Of a stretch of 64,000 nt of DNA, positions 9,873 to 19,841 are shown one piece after another; the stretch's first letter is position 1; every line of letters begins with the position of its first letter. A program made the translations under genes and the position numbers. Under the pieces are notes generated by a model. That model saw only the letters and a program-made list of their open reading frames with translations, made no database searches and had not been told where the DNA came from. Where the stretch lies: the NCBI GenBank assembly GCA_963710755.1, contig CAVQBK010000003.1, positions 1,152,001 through 1,216,000 on the forward strand, given 5' to 3'. This stretch comes from an uncultured bacterium. Its GTDB lineage: Bacteria > Oederibacteriota > JAAXVQ01 > JAUVAV01.

Positions 9873-10538
9873 ATGGATCCTTTTACTGCCCAAATGGTGC
9901 TGATGAACCAACTCGGTCAATTTTCCAGTATTTTTCTTGAGCAGATTCGCGCTCTCCTGCTGGGTCTGGCTATTATTATTTCGGGACTGCTGGTGGCTGC
10001 CCTATGTGAATACCTGGCTATGTTTCTCTTCCGTATCGTCCGCTGGGAAAAATTCATGCAATGGGCAGGGCTGACTAAAATCATTCACAAAGCGCGGCCT
10101 GATCTGAGTACCACAGTGCTCTCATCGCAAGTGGTTTTTTGGCTCATATTGGTCAGCTTCTTCATGATGGCTTTGGAAAAAATGAAACTGGGATTCCTGA
10201 GCGATTTGGGCATGATTTATTTTGACCATATTGGTCAAGTGCTTTTGGCTCTGATAATTCTTGCCATCACGCTGCTTTTAAAGAGCGTATTCAGTCAACT
10301 AACGTTGCTGCTCACAGAACACGAGAGCGCTCCTCTGGCGGCAGGATTATCGGCCGCTGTGATCTGGAGTCTGGGGGTTTATTTGGCATTAATTACCCTG
10401 GCATTTAACCGAGAATTAAGTATAGCCGTAAGTGTACTGGTCATGATCGGGCAAATGGGTATGGCCGCCTTGCGCTGGATGAGCCCGGGCCGTGCTTACG
10501 ACACGATGGTTAGAGTCCGTGAGCAGGAGGAAGGATAA
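9873..10538 (+). CDS. membrane protein, CmpX/small mechanosensitive-channel TM-helix-like
   Basis: Five hydrophobic helices in a CmpX-like arrangement; GGAGG RBS before ATG 9873. Confidence 0.55.
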   Translation: MDPFTAQMVLMNQLGQFSSIFLEQIRALLLGLAIIISGLLVAALCEYLAMFLFRIVRWEKFMQWAGLTKIIHKARPDLSTTVLSSQVVFWLILVSFFMMALEKMKLGFLSDLGMIYFDHIGQVLLALIILAITLLLKSVFSQLTLLLTEHESAPLAAGLSAAVIWSLGVYLALITLAFNRELSIAVSVLVMIGQMGMAALRWMSPGRAYDTMVRVREQEEG

Positions 10539-10544
10539 TTCACC

Positions 10545-12518
10545 ATGCTGGAATTTGGCCGCGATGCCTGCGGTGACCTTAATTTAGCCGTCAGTAAGGA
10601 ATGGCTGGAAACCAATGGCCTGGGGGGCTATGCCTGCGGTACCATGGCAGGACTCAATACCCGAGGCTATCATTCCTTGTTAACGGTGCCTTTGAAACCG
10701 CCCTTGAAAAGGACTATCCTTTTGTCCCAGCTTGATGAGGTAGTGGTTTATAAAGATAAAAAATATATGCTCAGCACCATGGAGTATGAAAGTGGGGCGC
10801 TTAATCCCCGCGGTTACATTTACCTGGAACGATTTAAAGGCGAACCTTTTCCCACCTTCTATTACCGCCTGGATGATCAGGTGCTGCAAAAACAAATTTT
10901 CATGAGTTATGGGCAGTCCCTGACCTGGATTACCTATCAGTTGCTGACGGAGCCGGACGGGGCCTTCAACCTTATGGTAAAACCATTGCTCAGCTTCCGC
11001 AGTCACCACCTTATGAAGCAGGGGCGTTTGTTTGTCAATACTTACCATGATTTGGACCGGCATGTTGTCAAAATTTTGCCTGACCAGCAAGTTCCTTCCA
11101 TGTTTATTCACCATACTGCCGAAGGGTATGAACATTCAGCCCATTGGTTCAACCGGGTTTTTTACCGAGCGGAAAAGAACCGAGGTTTGGATTGTGTGGA
11201 AGACCTCTATACACCGGGTGTCCTGGATTTTGAATTGAAAAAAGGGGCTTGGAATTACATGGCCGTGACCACCGAATCCTTGGAGCAGCTGGATGTGCTG
11301 GCCGCCATGAAAAAAGAAACCAGCCGGCGCAAGGAGTTGCAGGATCTTCTGCCCCTGGAAGATGAGTTCGGACGCCGGTTACTGCGGGCGGCTGATCATT
11401 TTTTAGTCAAGCGGGGAGAGGGCATGAGTGTTATTTCCGGATATCCTTGGTTGGCGGAAAGTGGACGCGATGCCATGGTGGCCAGTATGGGGTTGGCCGT
11501 GGCCAGCCGGCGCTATGAGGATGCGCGCCGACTGCTTAAAACTTACGCCGCGTACTGTGACCAGGGCATGCTGCCCAATCATTTTTCCGAGGAGATGGCC
11601 GAACCGGTTTACAATGCCGCCGATGCAGCTTTGTGGTTTATCATTGCCGTGGATTACTATCATACCCACACCCGAGATGATAGGTTTGTTAAAGACAACT
11701 GTTGGCCGGTGATGGAAAATATCATTGCCGCCTACAGCACCGGCACCAGATATGGCATCCGTATGGACACGGACGGCCTTATCAATCTCCCCGAAGAAGG
11801 GGCGCAGTTAACCTGGATGGATGCGCAGGTTGGTGACTGGGTGGCCACTCCCCGTGCCGGCAAACCGGTGGATGTCAATGCCCTGTGGTATAACTGTTTG
11901 TGCATGATGGCCGATTATGCGGAAAAATTCAGCAGGCCGGCGGAAAAAGAGCGCTACGCGCGCCTGGCCGCCAATGCGCGGGAAGGTTTCAGAAGTTTGT
12001 TCTGGAATGAAGAAGGCGGATACCTTTACGACCGGGTCGAGGATTTTCATAAGGACTTCTCTTTTCGTCCCAATCAGTTGTGGGCGCTGGCGTTGCCCTA
12101 TCCATTGCTGGAAGGGCAGCAGGCCCAGCGTCTGCTTCAGCAGGTGATGGAGCGCCTATATACTACTTTTGGGTGCAGAACCCTGGACCGGAGCGATGAC
12201 CATTACCGCGGTTTTTACAAAGGCGACCTGATGACCCGGGAAAGCGCGGCCTTCCAAGGCACCGTGTGGCCCTGGATGATCGGAGCACTGGCCGGAGCTT
12301 GGCGGGCGGCTTATGGCGCTTCAGCGGAGACGGATGCCATAATAGGCCGGCTGTTAAAGCCTTTTGAGCTGCATTTGACGCACAGCGGTTTGGGGCTGAT
12401 ATCAGAAATGTTTGATGGGGAAGAACCGCACCGCGCCCGTGGGTGCATTGCTCGTGCTTGGAATGTGGCCGAGCTCCTTCGTGTATACCTGGAGACCAAT
12501 TACAAAGACTTGAAATAA
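10545..12518 (+). CDS. glycogen debranching enzyme (amylo-alpha-1,6-glucosidase, GH133-type)
   Basis: EWLETNGLGGYA, GYPW, TWMDA, RPNQL, QGTVWPW, SEMFDG..PH..RGC motifs. Confidence 0.92.
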   Translation: MLEFGRDACGDLNLAVSKEWLETNGLGGYACGTMAGLNTRGYHSLLTVPLKPPLKRTILLSQLDEVVVYKDKKYMLSTMEYESGALNPRGYIYLERFKGEPFPTFYYRLDDQVLQKQIFMSYGQSLTWITYQLLTEPDGAFNLMVKPLLSFRSHHLMKQGRLFVNTYHDLDRHVVKILPDQQVPSMFIHHTAEGYEHSAHWFNRVFYRAEKNRGLDCVEDLYTPGVLDFELKKGAWNYMAVTTESLEQLDVLAAMKKETSRRKELQDLLPLEDEFGRRLLRAADHFLVKRGEGMSVISGYPWLAESGRDAMVASMGLAVASRRYEDARRLLKTYAAYCDQGMLPNHFSEEMAEPVYNAADAALWFIIAVDYYHTHTRDDRFVKDNCWPVMENIIAAYSTGTRYGIRMDTDGLINLPEEGAQLTWMDAQVGDWVATPRAGKPVDVNALWYNCLCMMADYAEKFSRPAEKERYARLAANAREGFRSLFWNEEGGYLYDRVEDFHKDFSFRPNQLWALALPYPLLEGQQAQRLLQQVMERLYTTFGCRTLDRSDDHYRGFYKGDLMTRESAAFQGTVWPWMIGALAGAWRAAYGASAETDAIIGRLLKPFELHLTHSGLGLISEMFDGEEPHRARGCIARAWNVAELLRVYLETNYKDLK

Positions 12519-12601
12519 ACCAAGAGTTATGGACAAGGCCATGGGGAACCAAAGTCAGCAGGACTCTCGGGAGTGATTTGGCCGCAAGTAATTTTTGGGC
12601 A

Positions 12602-12630
12602 TTGTCAAACCTGTCCAGGTTCTATATAAT
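12602..12630 (+). promoter_or_regulatory. sigma70-type promoter for the der operon
   Basis: TTGTCA-17 nt-TATAAT. Confidence 0.7.
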
Positions 12631-12755
12631 CCAGCTCTGGACCATGTCTTATAGTCTCTTTATCAAGAGGGCAATAAGGTGCTAATCCTTTTTTACTCGA
12701 CTCCATTTCCCCGTTTCTTAACACGAGGTTATCCAGGTCACAACTTTGGCGGTAA

Positions 12756-14093
12756 ATGTCCATGGCAAGACATAGAGTAGTAGCGATTGTGGGCCGGCCC
12801 AATGTGGGCAAATCGGCTCTCTTTAACAGAATAGTGGGGAAAGCCAGGGCTATCGTGGATGAACATGCCGGCTTGACCAGAGACCGCAATTATGATCTGG
12901 CCAATTGGTTGGATCGTGAATTTCTACTAGTCGATACGGGCGGGTTTGAACTGCAGACCACAGACAGTATCTTAATGCAGATGCGGCTACAGACGGAAAT
13001 TGCCATTAATGAGGCAGATGTTATTGTCATGGTCGTGGATGGCCGCACGATCCTGGACAAGACCGACCGGGAATTGGCCAGCCGCTTGAGACAGTCCGGC
13101 AAACCGGTTGTGCTGGCGGTTAATAAGATTGATAATGCGGAGCTGGAAGCGGAGATCCATGGTTTTTGGAATATGGGATTTGGCCAACCGATCGGCATTA
13201 GCGCTATTCAGGGACGTTGTGTGGATGACTTGTTGGATGCGGTGATTGAACACATTCCTCCCCAGCTGCGGGAAGATGAGGACGACCTGGTCATTAAATT
13301 GGCGATCGTGGGGATGCCCAACGCTGGCAAATCATCCTTGGTCAATACTATCCTGGGCGAGGAACGAGTGTTGGTGAATGACACGCCCGGCACCACCCGG
13401 GACTCGGTCAGTTCTTTTTTTAATTACCAAGGCAAGGCTTACCAAATTGTCGATACCGCCGGCATGCGTGCCAAACGCAAAATCGAGCACGCGGTGGAGC
13501 GCTATGCGGTCATGCGCGCCCTCAGAAGTATCGAAGAGACGCATGTGGCTGTTATTCTCCTGGATGCCACCAAGCCCATCACCGAACAGGAAGAGCATAT
13601 AGCCGGCTATGTCCACGAATCCGGGCGCGCCAGCATTATAGCCATCAACAAGTGGGACCTTCTGGACAAGACCACCCATACTCAGGAGCAGTATTTGCAG
13701 ACATTGAAAAAACGCATGCCTTTCATGGATTACGCCCCGGTAGTGACCATTTCCGCTAAAACCGGCCAGCGGGTCAATAAACTGTTGGAGTTGGCAGCCT
13801 ATGTAAATGAGCAGCATGTGATGCGCATAAAAACAAGCTTGCTAAATAAGACACTTCACGATATCATCCAAAAACAACCACCGCCCACCAAACGGGGCAA
13901 AGTCTTAAAAATCAAATACATCAGTCAAACCGGCGTGCGGCCTCCGGCTTTTGCCCTGTTTGTCAATGATCCAGGCAGAATGCAACTCCATTACTTACGG
14001 CACATCAAAAATGAATTCCGCAAGCTATTCGGACTGGAAGGAACACCGCTTATCATAATGTTAAGAGCAGGGAAGGAGAATGCCCGTGGTTGA
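12756..14093 (+). CDS. der: ribosome biogenesis GTPase Der (EngA)
   Basis: Two G domains (GRPNVGKS, GMPNAGKSS), DTGG/DTAG, KH-like tail. Confidence 0.97.
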   Translation: MSMARHRVVAIVGRPNVGKSALFNRIVGKARAIVDEHAGLTRDRNYDLANWLDREFLLVDTGGFELQTTDSILMQMRLQTEIAINEADVIVMVVDGRTILDKTDRELASRLRQSGKPVVLAVNKIDNAELEAEIHGFWNMGFGQPIGISAIQGRCVDDLLDAVIEHIPPQLREDEDDLVIKLAIVGMPNAGKSSLVNTILGEERVLVNDTPGTTRDSVSSFFNYQGKAYQIVDTAGMRAKRKIEHAVERYAVMRALRSIEETHVAVILLDATKPITEQEEHIAGYVHESGRASIIAINKWDLLDKTTHTQEQYLQTLKKRMPFMDYAPVVTISAKTGQRVNKLLELAAYVNEQHVMRIKTSLLNKTLHDIIQKQPPPTKRGKVLKIKYISQTGVRPPAFALFVNDPGRMQLHYLRHIKNEFRKLFGLEGTPLIIMLRAGKENARG

Positions 14094-14736
14094 ATCTTGG
14101 TTAAAAATTATGGCAGCCTTGGCCCTGAGTTATCTATTGGGTGCCCTGCCCACAGGTTATCTCGCCGGCCGGCTGAAAGGTCTTGATATCCGAAAGCTGG
14201 GATCAGGTAACATGGGCGCCACCAATGTGATGAGAATCTTGGGTGTGCCGGCAGGGGTATTGGTAATGCTAATTGACGCGGCCAAAGGATTCCTGGCTGT
14301 GGCCTGGTTGCCAGGGTTGACACCCTATCCGGAATTTGACTGGCTGCGGGTGGGCTGCGGCTTGGCCGCAGTCCTGGGACATACCTTTACCTTATTTTTA
14401 AAATTTAAAGGTGGTAAAGGCGTAGCCACCACGGCTGGTATTTTTCTGGCCCTGGCGCCTATGGCTGCTGTGGTGACGCTTTTGATATTTGCATGTACGG
14501 TGGCCATGACCAAGACCGTGTCGGCCGGCTCTATTTTAGGAGCGCTCCTGTTACCGCCACTAGTTTGGATTTTGGGGGAAGCCGGACAAGGTTATAGCAT
14601 TCTTTTGATAGCCGTGGTATTGGCTATACTCATTGTGGCTCGTCATGGGGCCAATATTCAACGGTTGAAAAACGGCACGGAAAATAAAATCGGCCGGCCG
14701 GTGGAACCAAAAGACCAGCAGGGAGGGCCATCTTGA
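14080..14736 (+). CDS. plsY: glycerol-3-phosphate acyltransferase PlsY
   Basis: GSGNMGATN, FKGGKGVAT, RHGANI. Confidence 0.95.
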   Translation: MPVVESWLKIMAALALSYLLGALPTGYLAGRLKGLDIRKLGSGNMGATNVMRILGVPAGVLVMLIDAAKGFLAVAWLPGLTPYPEFDWLRVGCGLAAVLGHTFTLFLKFKGGKGVATTAGIFLALAPMAAVVTLLIFACTVAMTKTVSAGSILGALLLPPLVWILGEAGQGYSILLIAVVLAILIVARHGANIQRLKNGTENKIGRPVEPKDQQGGPS

Positions 14737-15731
14737 ACGAACCGATTGCCGTTATTGGGGCAGGCGCATGGGGCACTGCCCTAGCTATGGTACTGGCCCA
14801 GCAAGGCCGGCTGGTCAACTTGTGGGAATACTTTCCGGCTTACGCTCATGAGCTGCAAATCGGACGCGAAAATTACAAATTTTTACCGGGTATTACCATT
14901 CCCGATCAGATTACCATCACTCCTGACTTGGCCAAGGCCGTGCACGGCGCGGACATCATTGTTTTGGTTGTACCTTCCCAAGCCTTAAGAAGTGTGGTCC
15001 AACAATTGGCGCAGATGGAGATCGCCCCGCGCATTGTGGTGACAGCATCCAAAGGCATAGAAAAAAACACTCTGGACCGCATGTCGCAAATTGTTCAGGC
15101 TTACTTTGACAACCGCTGTCATGTAGTGGCTTTATCCGGCCCCAGTCATGCGGAAGAAGTCGCCCGCCGGTTACCCTGCACAGTAGTGGCAGCTTCGTCT
15201 GATGAACAAGCAGCGGAAGAAATCCAAATTCTCTTTACGAATGATCATTTTCGCGTCTATACTACTTCCGATATCATAGGCGTGGAATTGGGCGGGTCCC
15301 TGAAAAATATTATTGCTTTGGCTGCTGGGATCATCGATGGCTTAAGCTTGGGAGACAATGCCAAAGCCGCTTTGCTCACGCGAGGCCTGGCAGAAATGGC
15401 ACGGTTGGGGCAAGCTTGCGGCGCCGCGCCGGAAACATTTGCCGGACTAAGTGGTATGGGTGATCTGGTAGTAACCTGTACCAGCCAACATTCCCGTAAT
15501 CGACGAGTGGGTGAAGAAATCGGGCGAGGTAGACAATTAGATGATATTTTAAAGGATATGGAGATGGTGGCTGAAGGTGTGGAAACCACCCAATCTGCCT
15601 ACGCCCTAGGTCAGCGGATGAGTGTGGAATTGCCTATTATTGAACAGGTTCATCAAGTCTTATTTGACCATAAGCCGGCGAAGGACGCGGTGCGGATCTT
15701 AATGCAGCGTCCCCATAAACCGGAACGTTAG
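14733..15731 (+). CDS. gpsA: NAD(P)H-dependent glycerol-3-phosphate dehydrogenase
   Basis: GAGAWGTALA, SGPSHA, GLSGMGDLVVTCTS..SRN. Confidence 0.96.
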   Translation: MNEPIAVIGAGAWGTALAMVLAQQGRLVNLWEYFPAYAHELQIGRENYKFLPGITIPDQITITPDLAKAVHGADIIVLVVPSQALRSVVQQLAQMEIAPRIVVTASKGIEKNTLDRMSQIVQAYFDNRCHVVALSGPSHAEEVARRLPCTVVAASSDEQAAEEIQILFTNDHFRVYTTSDIIGVELGGSLKNIIALAAGIIDGLSLGDNAKAALLTRGLAEMARLGQACGAAPETFAGLSGMGDLVVTCTSQHSRNRRVGEEIGRGRQLDDILKDMEMVAEGVETTQSAYALGQRMSVELPIIEQVHQVLFDHKPAKDAVRILMQRPHKPER

Positions 15732-15773
15732 CATAAGAAAAAGGGAAGCCACCGGGGCTTCCGGAGGTGTTTG

Positions 15774-16118
15774 ATGAAAGACGAAGAAAAAACAGTTACC
15801 AAAGCAGAATTGGCTGCCAGTATTTCCAAATTGGGATTGTCCCTGCGGTTTTCCCAAACCGTGGTTGATTATATTGTTCAGGAACTAATTCAAACCCTTA
15901 GCCAGGGAGAGGTTATTCATTTGGTGGGGTTTGGTGCATTCCGCTTTAAGGTGAGAAATGCCAGACAGGGACGTAATCCTAAAACCGGCGAACAGGTGGC
16001 CGTGCCCAATAAAAAGATTATACAGTTTAAACCAGGCAATGAATTGAAAGAACGTATTCGTAAATCGAAAGAGCCGGCACAACCTTTTGTTCCGGAGGAA
16101 CCTGTTGATGGCCAATGA
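15774..16118 (+). CDS. HU/IHF-family DNA-binding protein (IHF-alpha-like position)
   Basis: GFGAF...ARQGRNPKTGE; sits before merR and tRNA-Pro as ihfA does in many bacteria. Confidence 0.9.
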   Translation: MKDEEKTVTKAELAASISKLGLSLRFSQTVVDYIVQELIQTLSQGEVIHLVGFGAFRFKVRNARQGRNPKTGEQVAVPNKKIIQFKPGNELKERIRKSKEPAQPFVPEEPVDGQ

Positions 16119-16494
16119 ACCAATCTCCAAACCCGGGCGGGCCTCTGGGGATAAAATGTTCTACCAAATAAAAGAAATCAGCGAGATGTTGGGTATAAAA
16201 TCCCATGTGTTGCGTTATTGGGAAACCGAATTTCCACAATTGCGTCCCGATAAAGGCAGTACCGGCCAACGTCTTTATCGTCCCAAAGATCTGGAACTGG
16301 TGAAAAGGATTAAAACGTTACTGTATGAAGAAAAATTTACCATTGCCGGGGCCAAAAAAAAATTAGCCGGAGAATTACGGCACGATAAATCTCAGATGGA
16401 TTTGAATTTAAACTTGCGTGAAAATCACTTATTGAATACAATCCATAAAGTCAAACGGGAATTAGAAAGTCTCTTGACCATTTTAAACCAATAA
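16108..16494 (+). CDS. MerR-family transcriptional regulator
   Basis: YQIKEISEMLGIKSHVLRYWETEFPQL...RLY...FTIAGAKK. Confidence 0.92.
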   Translation: MANEPISKPGRASGDKMFYQIKEISEMLGIKSHVLRYWETEFPQLRPDKGSTGQRLYRPKDLELVKRIKTLLYEEKFTIAGAKKKLAGELRHDKSQMDLNLNLRENHLLNTIHKVKRELESLLTILNQ

Positions 16495-16513
16495 TTTATA
16501 GTCTAAACCCTAT

Positions 16514-16589
16514 CGGGGCGTAGCGCAGTGGCTAGCGCGCACGCTTGGGGTGCGTGAAGTCGGAGGTTCAATTCCTCTCGCCCCGACCA
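16514..16589 (+). tRNA. tRNA-Pro(GGG)
   Basis: Cloverleaf; anticodon arm CACGC-TT GGG GT-GCGTG; T-loop GTTCAAT; encoded CCA. Confidence 0.95.
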
Positions 16590-16630
16590 GTTTAACTATA
16601 TTATAAATCCGGGACCCTTCGCAGCCCCGA

Positions 16631-16924
16631 CCGGAATTGATATTATGTGAAAGGGACGCTTCGCAGCCCCGACCGGAATTGATATTATGTGAAAGGGACG
16701 CTTCGCAGCCCCGACCGGAATTGATATTATGTGAAAGGGACGCTTCGCAGCCCCGACTGGAATTGATATTATGGGAAAGGGACGCTTCGCAGCCCCGACC
16801 GGAATTGATATTATGGGAAAGGGACGCTTCGCAGCCCCGACTGGAATTGATATTATGGGAAAGGGACGCTTCGCAGCCCCGACCGGAATTGATATTATGG
16901 GAAAGGGACGCTTCGCAGCCCCGA
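16631..16924 (+). repeat. tandem array of 7 x 42 bp (plus a degenerate 44-bp unit at 16587-16630)
   Basis: Unit C(C/T)GGAATTGATATTATG(T/G)GAAAGGGACGCTTCGCAGCCCCGA starting at 16631, 16673, 16715, 16757, 16799, 16841, 16883. Confidence 0.97.
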
Positions 16925-17153
16925 CCAGTCAGTGCCTAGGGAGGTGCATGACTGAAAATCGATCCGGCCTACAACTACGGGCCAAGCCATCGGGAGTCGG
17001 GAATTGATGACATGAGATTTTCGATTCGGCCGATTTTCGACATTCCATTTTCCTTTTTTTGGTTGTCCCCACCTCAGACATTGTGGCTGTTATTGGTCCA
17101 GCCATTGGTGGTAATAGACGTCATTTCGAATAAATGATTCTAATTATCCTTCC

Positions 17154-17181
17154 TTGATCTTTTCCTTATTTTTCGTATAAT
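17154..17181 (+). promoter_or_regulatory. sigma70-type promoter of tRNA-Pro(CGG)
   Basis: TTGATC-16 nt-TATAAT, ending 15 nt before the tRNA. Confidence 0.7.
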
Positions 17182-17196
17182 GTCAGCTACTTAAAT

Positions 17197-17272
<76 letters not shown>

Positions 17273-17502
17273 GTTTAACTATATTATAAATCCGGGACGC
17301 TTCGGGCAGGAGAAATGCCCTTGGCAGCCCCGACCGGAATCAATATTATTGGAAAGGGACACTTGGTGGTGGTCCATTTGTTGTGTTTGCTCGAGTGTTC
17401 CGGAGCCTGAGCATTTAGTTGGTCAGGTGCCCATAGCTGATCTCAGATACGCTAACGTCCCCGGCGGGGCGATGAAACTGGACATAGACGAAAGGAAAGG
17501 GG

Positions 17503-18243
17503 ATGACCCCAAAAAAGTGGATGATCAGTTGTTTCGGGGTGGGGGTCCTCGTTTTTTGTGCCTTTAAGCCAGCTGCTGCACAACTGGATGAAGCTACCTA
17601 TTATTTGGAACAATCCAGTTCTCTGAGCGGATCCACGGGGTGGATCAATATTCCTTCGCCCGCCGTTCCTGATAATGGTAAAATGACCGGTGGCCTGCAT
17701 CGTGGATCAGCCGAGTTTAATCTCGGCCTGTTGAATGTGATGGAAGTTGGGCTGTATTTTGAAGCCGACCGATTGGGAAAACAGTTTGATCGCTATAAAA
17801 ATTTATCAACTTGGGAAGAAGTTGAAAAAAACGTTCCGGCCTTTGTCAAGGAAGCGTTCAAAGGTCAGGCGAAAATCAAACTTTTGGATCAGGATTGGGG
17901 ATTAATTAATCTGGCGGTGGGGATGGAGAAGCAGGATTACTATATAGTCGGCCATCGTCACTTTCCTGAATTGTCCAATGTGACCTTGCTGGCCGGATGG
18001 GGCCGCGGGCGTTTTGAAAAAGGTTTTTTTGGATTAAGTAAGACTATTTTTTCAGGAGCCGATCTCATTTTTGAATTTGACGGTCAAGGGTTCAATGTGG
18101 GGTACCGATTATTGCTGGGTCCCAATCTAATTATGAATTTAGCCGGACAGGATTTGAACACTATTGGTGAGGTACAAAATCTAGGTCAGGTGATCTCCAA
18201 TCATTTGATTTTCGGAATTACCTATGTGGAGCGTATTTGGTGA
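17503..18243 (+). CDS. exported protein, YjbH-like outer-membrane beta-barrel
   Basis: Signal peptide; 'GSTGWINIPSP' resembles the YjbH-domain N-motif; beta-strand pattern ending in aromatic W. Confidence 0.55.
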   Translation: MTPKKWMISCFGVGVLVFCAFKPAAAQLDEATYYLEQSSSLSGSTGWINIPSPAVPDNGKMTGGLHRGSAEFNLGLLNVMEVGLYFEADRLGKQFDRYKNLSTWEEVEKNVPAFVKEAFKGQAKIKLLDQDWGLINLAVGMEKQDYYIVGHRHFPELSNVTLLAGWGRGRFEKGFFGLSKTIFSGADLIFEFDGQGFNVGYRLLLGPNLIMNLAGQDLNTIGEVQNLGQVISNHLIFGITYVERIW

Positions 18244-18524
18244 GCGGTATTGAGCGTGTGCATGTGACGGTTTACGGCCGGGTACAAGGCATTGGGTATC
18301 GTTATTTTGCAGTGCAGTCGGCCAAGAACCGGAACTTGGTGGGGTTTGTAAGAAATGAGCCGGAAGGGACCGTGGTGGCTGAGGCGGAAGGCCCCATGCC
18401 TGCCCTCTACTCCTTTCTGCATGATTTGGGAAAAGGCCCGCGCATGGCCAGTGTCACTTCGATAGATGTGAAAAAAATAAAAAGCCTTGGTCAAGAGAAA
18501 GATTTCCGGATTCGCTATTGGTGA
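18240..18524 (+). CDS. acyP: acylphosphatase
   Basis: GRVQGIGYR, GFVRN..GTV. Confidence 0.93.
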   Translation: MSGIERVHVTVYGRVQGIGYRYFAVQSAKNRNLVGFVRNEPEGTVVAEAEGPMPALYSFLHDLGKGPRMASVTSIDVKKIKSLGQEKDFRIRYW

Positions 18525-18547
18525 CAAGGCGTAAAAAGGATCCCTTT

Positions 18548-19831
18548 ATGGCGGCTGGCCGCGAAAAAAAGATCACTAAAAAGAAACGGAAGACCAAGAC
18601 GAACAGGTCTACCGCCAGCACTTCCGTAAGGCCTGTTAAATCCAGAAAAAAAACCGTTGCCAAACCTAAAAAGATAAAGACCACCTCATCTGAAGAGCAT
18701 CAGTTAGAAAGTGTCCCGACCCGGACCGGTACCCAGCCTCATCCTGATCATGACCAGGACTGGGCCGCTCCTAAGCCCATCGCGAAGGAACCGGAAGAGG
18801 AAAGATTGGACGGCGAGGATAATTTTGAGGGCCATGACGTGGAAGAACATGGCCTTGAACCTGATGAGGAGCAGGAAGAGCGGGAAGATCATGACAGCCT
18901 TTCGGGTGATGAGAGCAGTGGGCAGGTCCGTCCGCGATCAGGCAAACGGCCGCGCGCAAGCAAGCGCAAAGCGGACGAGGACAGGCATGCGGATCTGGAT
19001 GCCATCAAACAATACTTGAATGAAGTCAGCAAAGTACCGCTGCTTAATTTCGCGGAAGAACAAAGCCTGGCTTTTAAGGTTCAACAAAATGATGCTGCCG
19101 CACGGCAGACGCTGATTGTCAGCAACTTAAGACTGGTGATCTCTATTGCCAAACGCTACTTAAATCGCGGTCTGTCTATGCTGGACTTAATAGAAGAAGG
19201 CAACATCGGGTTAATGAAGGCCGTTGAAAAATTCGAACCGGAAAAGGGGTTTAGGTTTTCAACTTATGCCGCTTGGTGGATTAAGCAGCATATCATGCGG
19301 GCCTTAGCCAATCAGAGCAATCTGATCCGCCTGCCGGTGCATGTGGTGGAAAAAGTGTCCAAACTGGCCAAAGTGCGTTATGAATTGGCCCAACGTCTGC
19401 GCCGGGAGCCAAGTATGGAAGAATTGGCCCGGGCCTTGGAAGTCAGCGTAGACCAAATTTCGGAGATTATGCGCATTGAACAAAAACCGGCCTATTTGGA
19501 AACACTGATTGGAAGCCATGATCAAGACAATAAAAAACTGTTGGATGTGTTGGAAGATCGTACCAATGCTCTGCCCGATGCCTCAACGAAAGATGACCAT
19601 CAACGACAAGTTATGTTGGGTTTGCTCGATAGCCTGACCGACAAGGAAAGAGCAATTTTGGTGATGCGTTTCGGCTTAGAAGATGAACAACCGCAAACCC
19701 TGGAAGAGACGGGACGTCATTTTGGGCTGACCAGGGAACGGATCCGCCAGATCGAAATGACAGCCTTAAAAAAATTAAGGGCACAATTACGAGATGGCCA
19801 AATTTCGGTTGATGATTTATTAAGAGATTAG
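18548..19831 (+). CDS. sigma-70 family group 1/2 sigma factor (RpoS-like) with long low-complexity N-terminus
   Basis: Regions 1.2 (YLNEV), 2 (NLRLVISIAKRY, DLIEEGNIGL, FSTYAAWWIKQ), 3 and 4 (TLEE..LTRERIRQIE); next to apt. Confidence 0.9.
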   Translation: MAAGREKKITKKKRKTKTNRSTASTSVRPVKSRKKTVAKPKKIKTTSSEEHQLESVPTRTGTQPHPDHDQDWAAPKPIAKEPEEERLDGEDNFEGHDVEEHGLEPDEEQEEREDHDSLSGDESSGQVRPRSGKRPRASKRKADEDRHADLDAIKQYLNEVSKVPLLNFAEEQSLAFKVQQNDAAARQTLIVSNLRLVISIAKRYLNRGLSMLDLIEEGNIGLMKAVEKFEPEKGFRFSTYAAWWIKQHIMRALANQSNLIRLPVHVVEKVSKLAKVRYELAQRLRREPSMEELARALEVSVDQISEIMRIEQKPAYLETLIGSHDQDNKKLLDVLEDRTNALPDASTKDDHQRQVMLGLLDSLTDKERAILVMRFGLEDEQPQTLEETGRHFGLTRERIRQIEMTALKKLRAQLRDGQISVDDLLRD

Positions 19832-19841
19832 GAGGCGCAGC

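Noticed and set aside
16631-16924. CRISPR array
   Set aside because: Units are contiguous and near-identical with no unique spacers; no cas genes in the window
16631-16924. IHF consensus site in each repeat
   Set aside because: The minus strand has TATCAA but lacks the TTR element of WATCAANNNNTTR
16637-17007. Repeat-peptide ORFs (ILCERDASQPRPEL)n and (MGKGRFAAPTGIDI)n
   Set aside because: Open frames follow automatically from a 42-bp unit (multiple of 3); no RBS; several frames on both strands are equally open
16590-17196. Integrated element between attL and attR
   Set aside because: Only ~600 bp with no integrase; the second copy is a complete tRNA with its own promoter and a different anticodon
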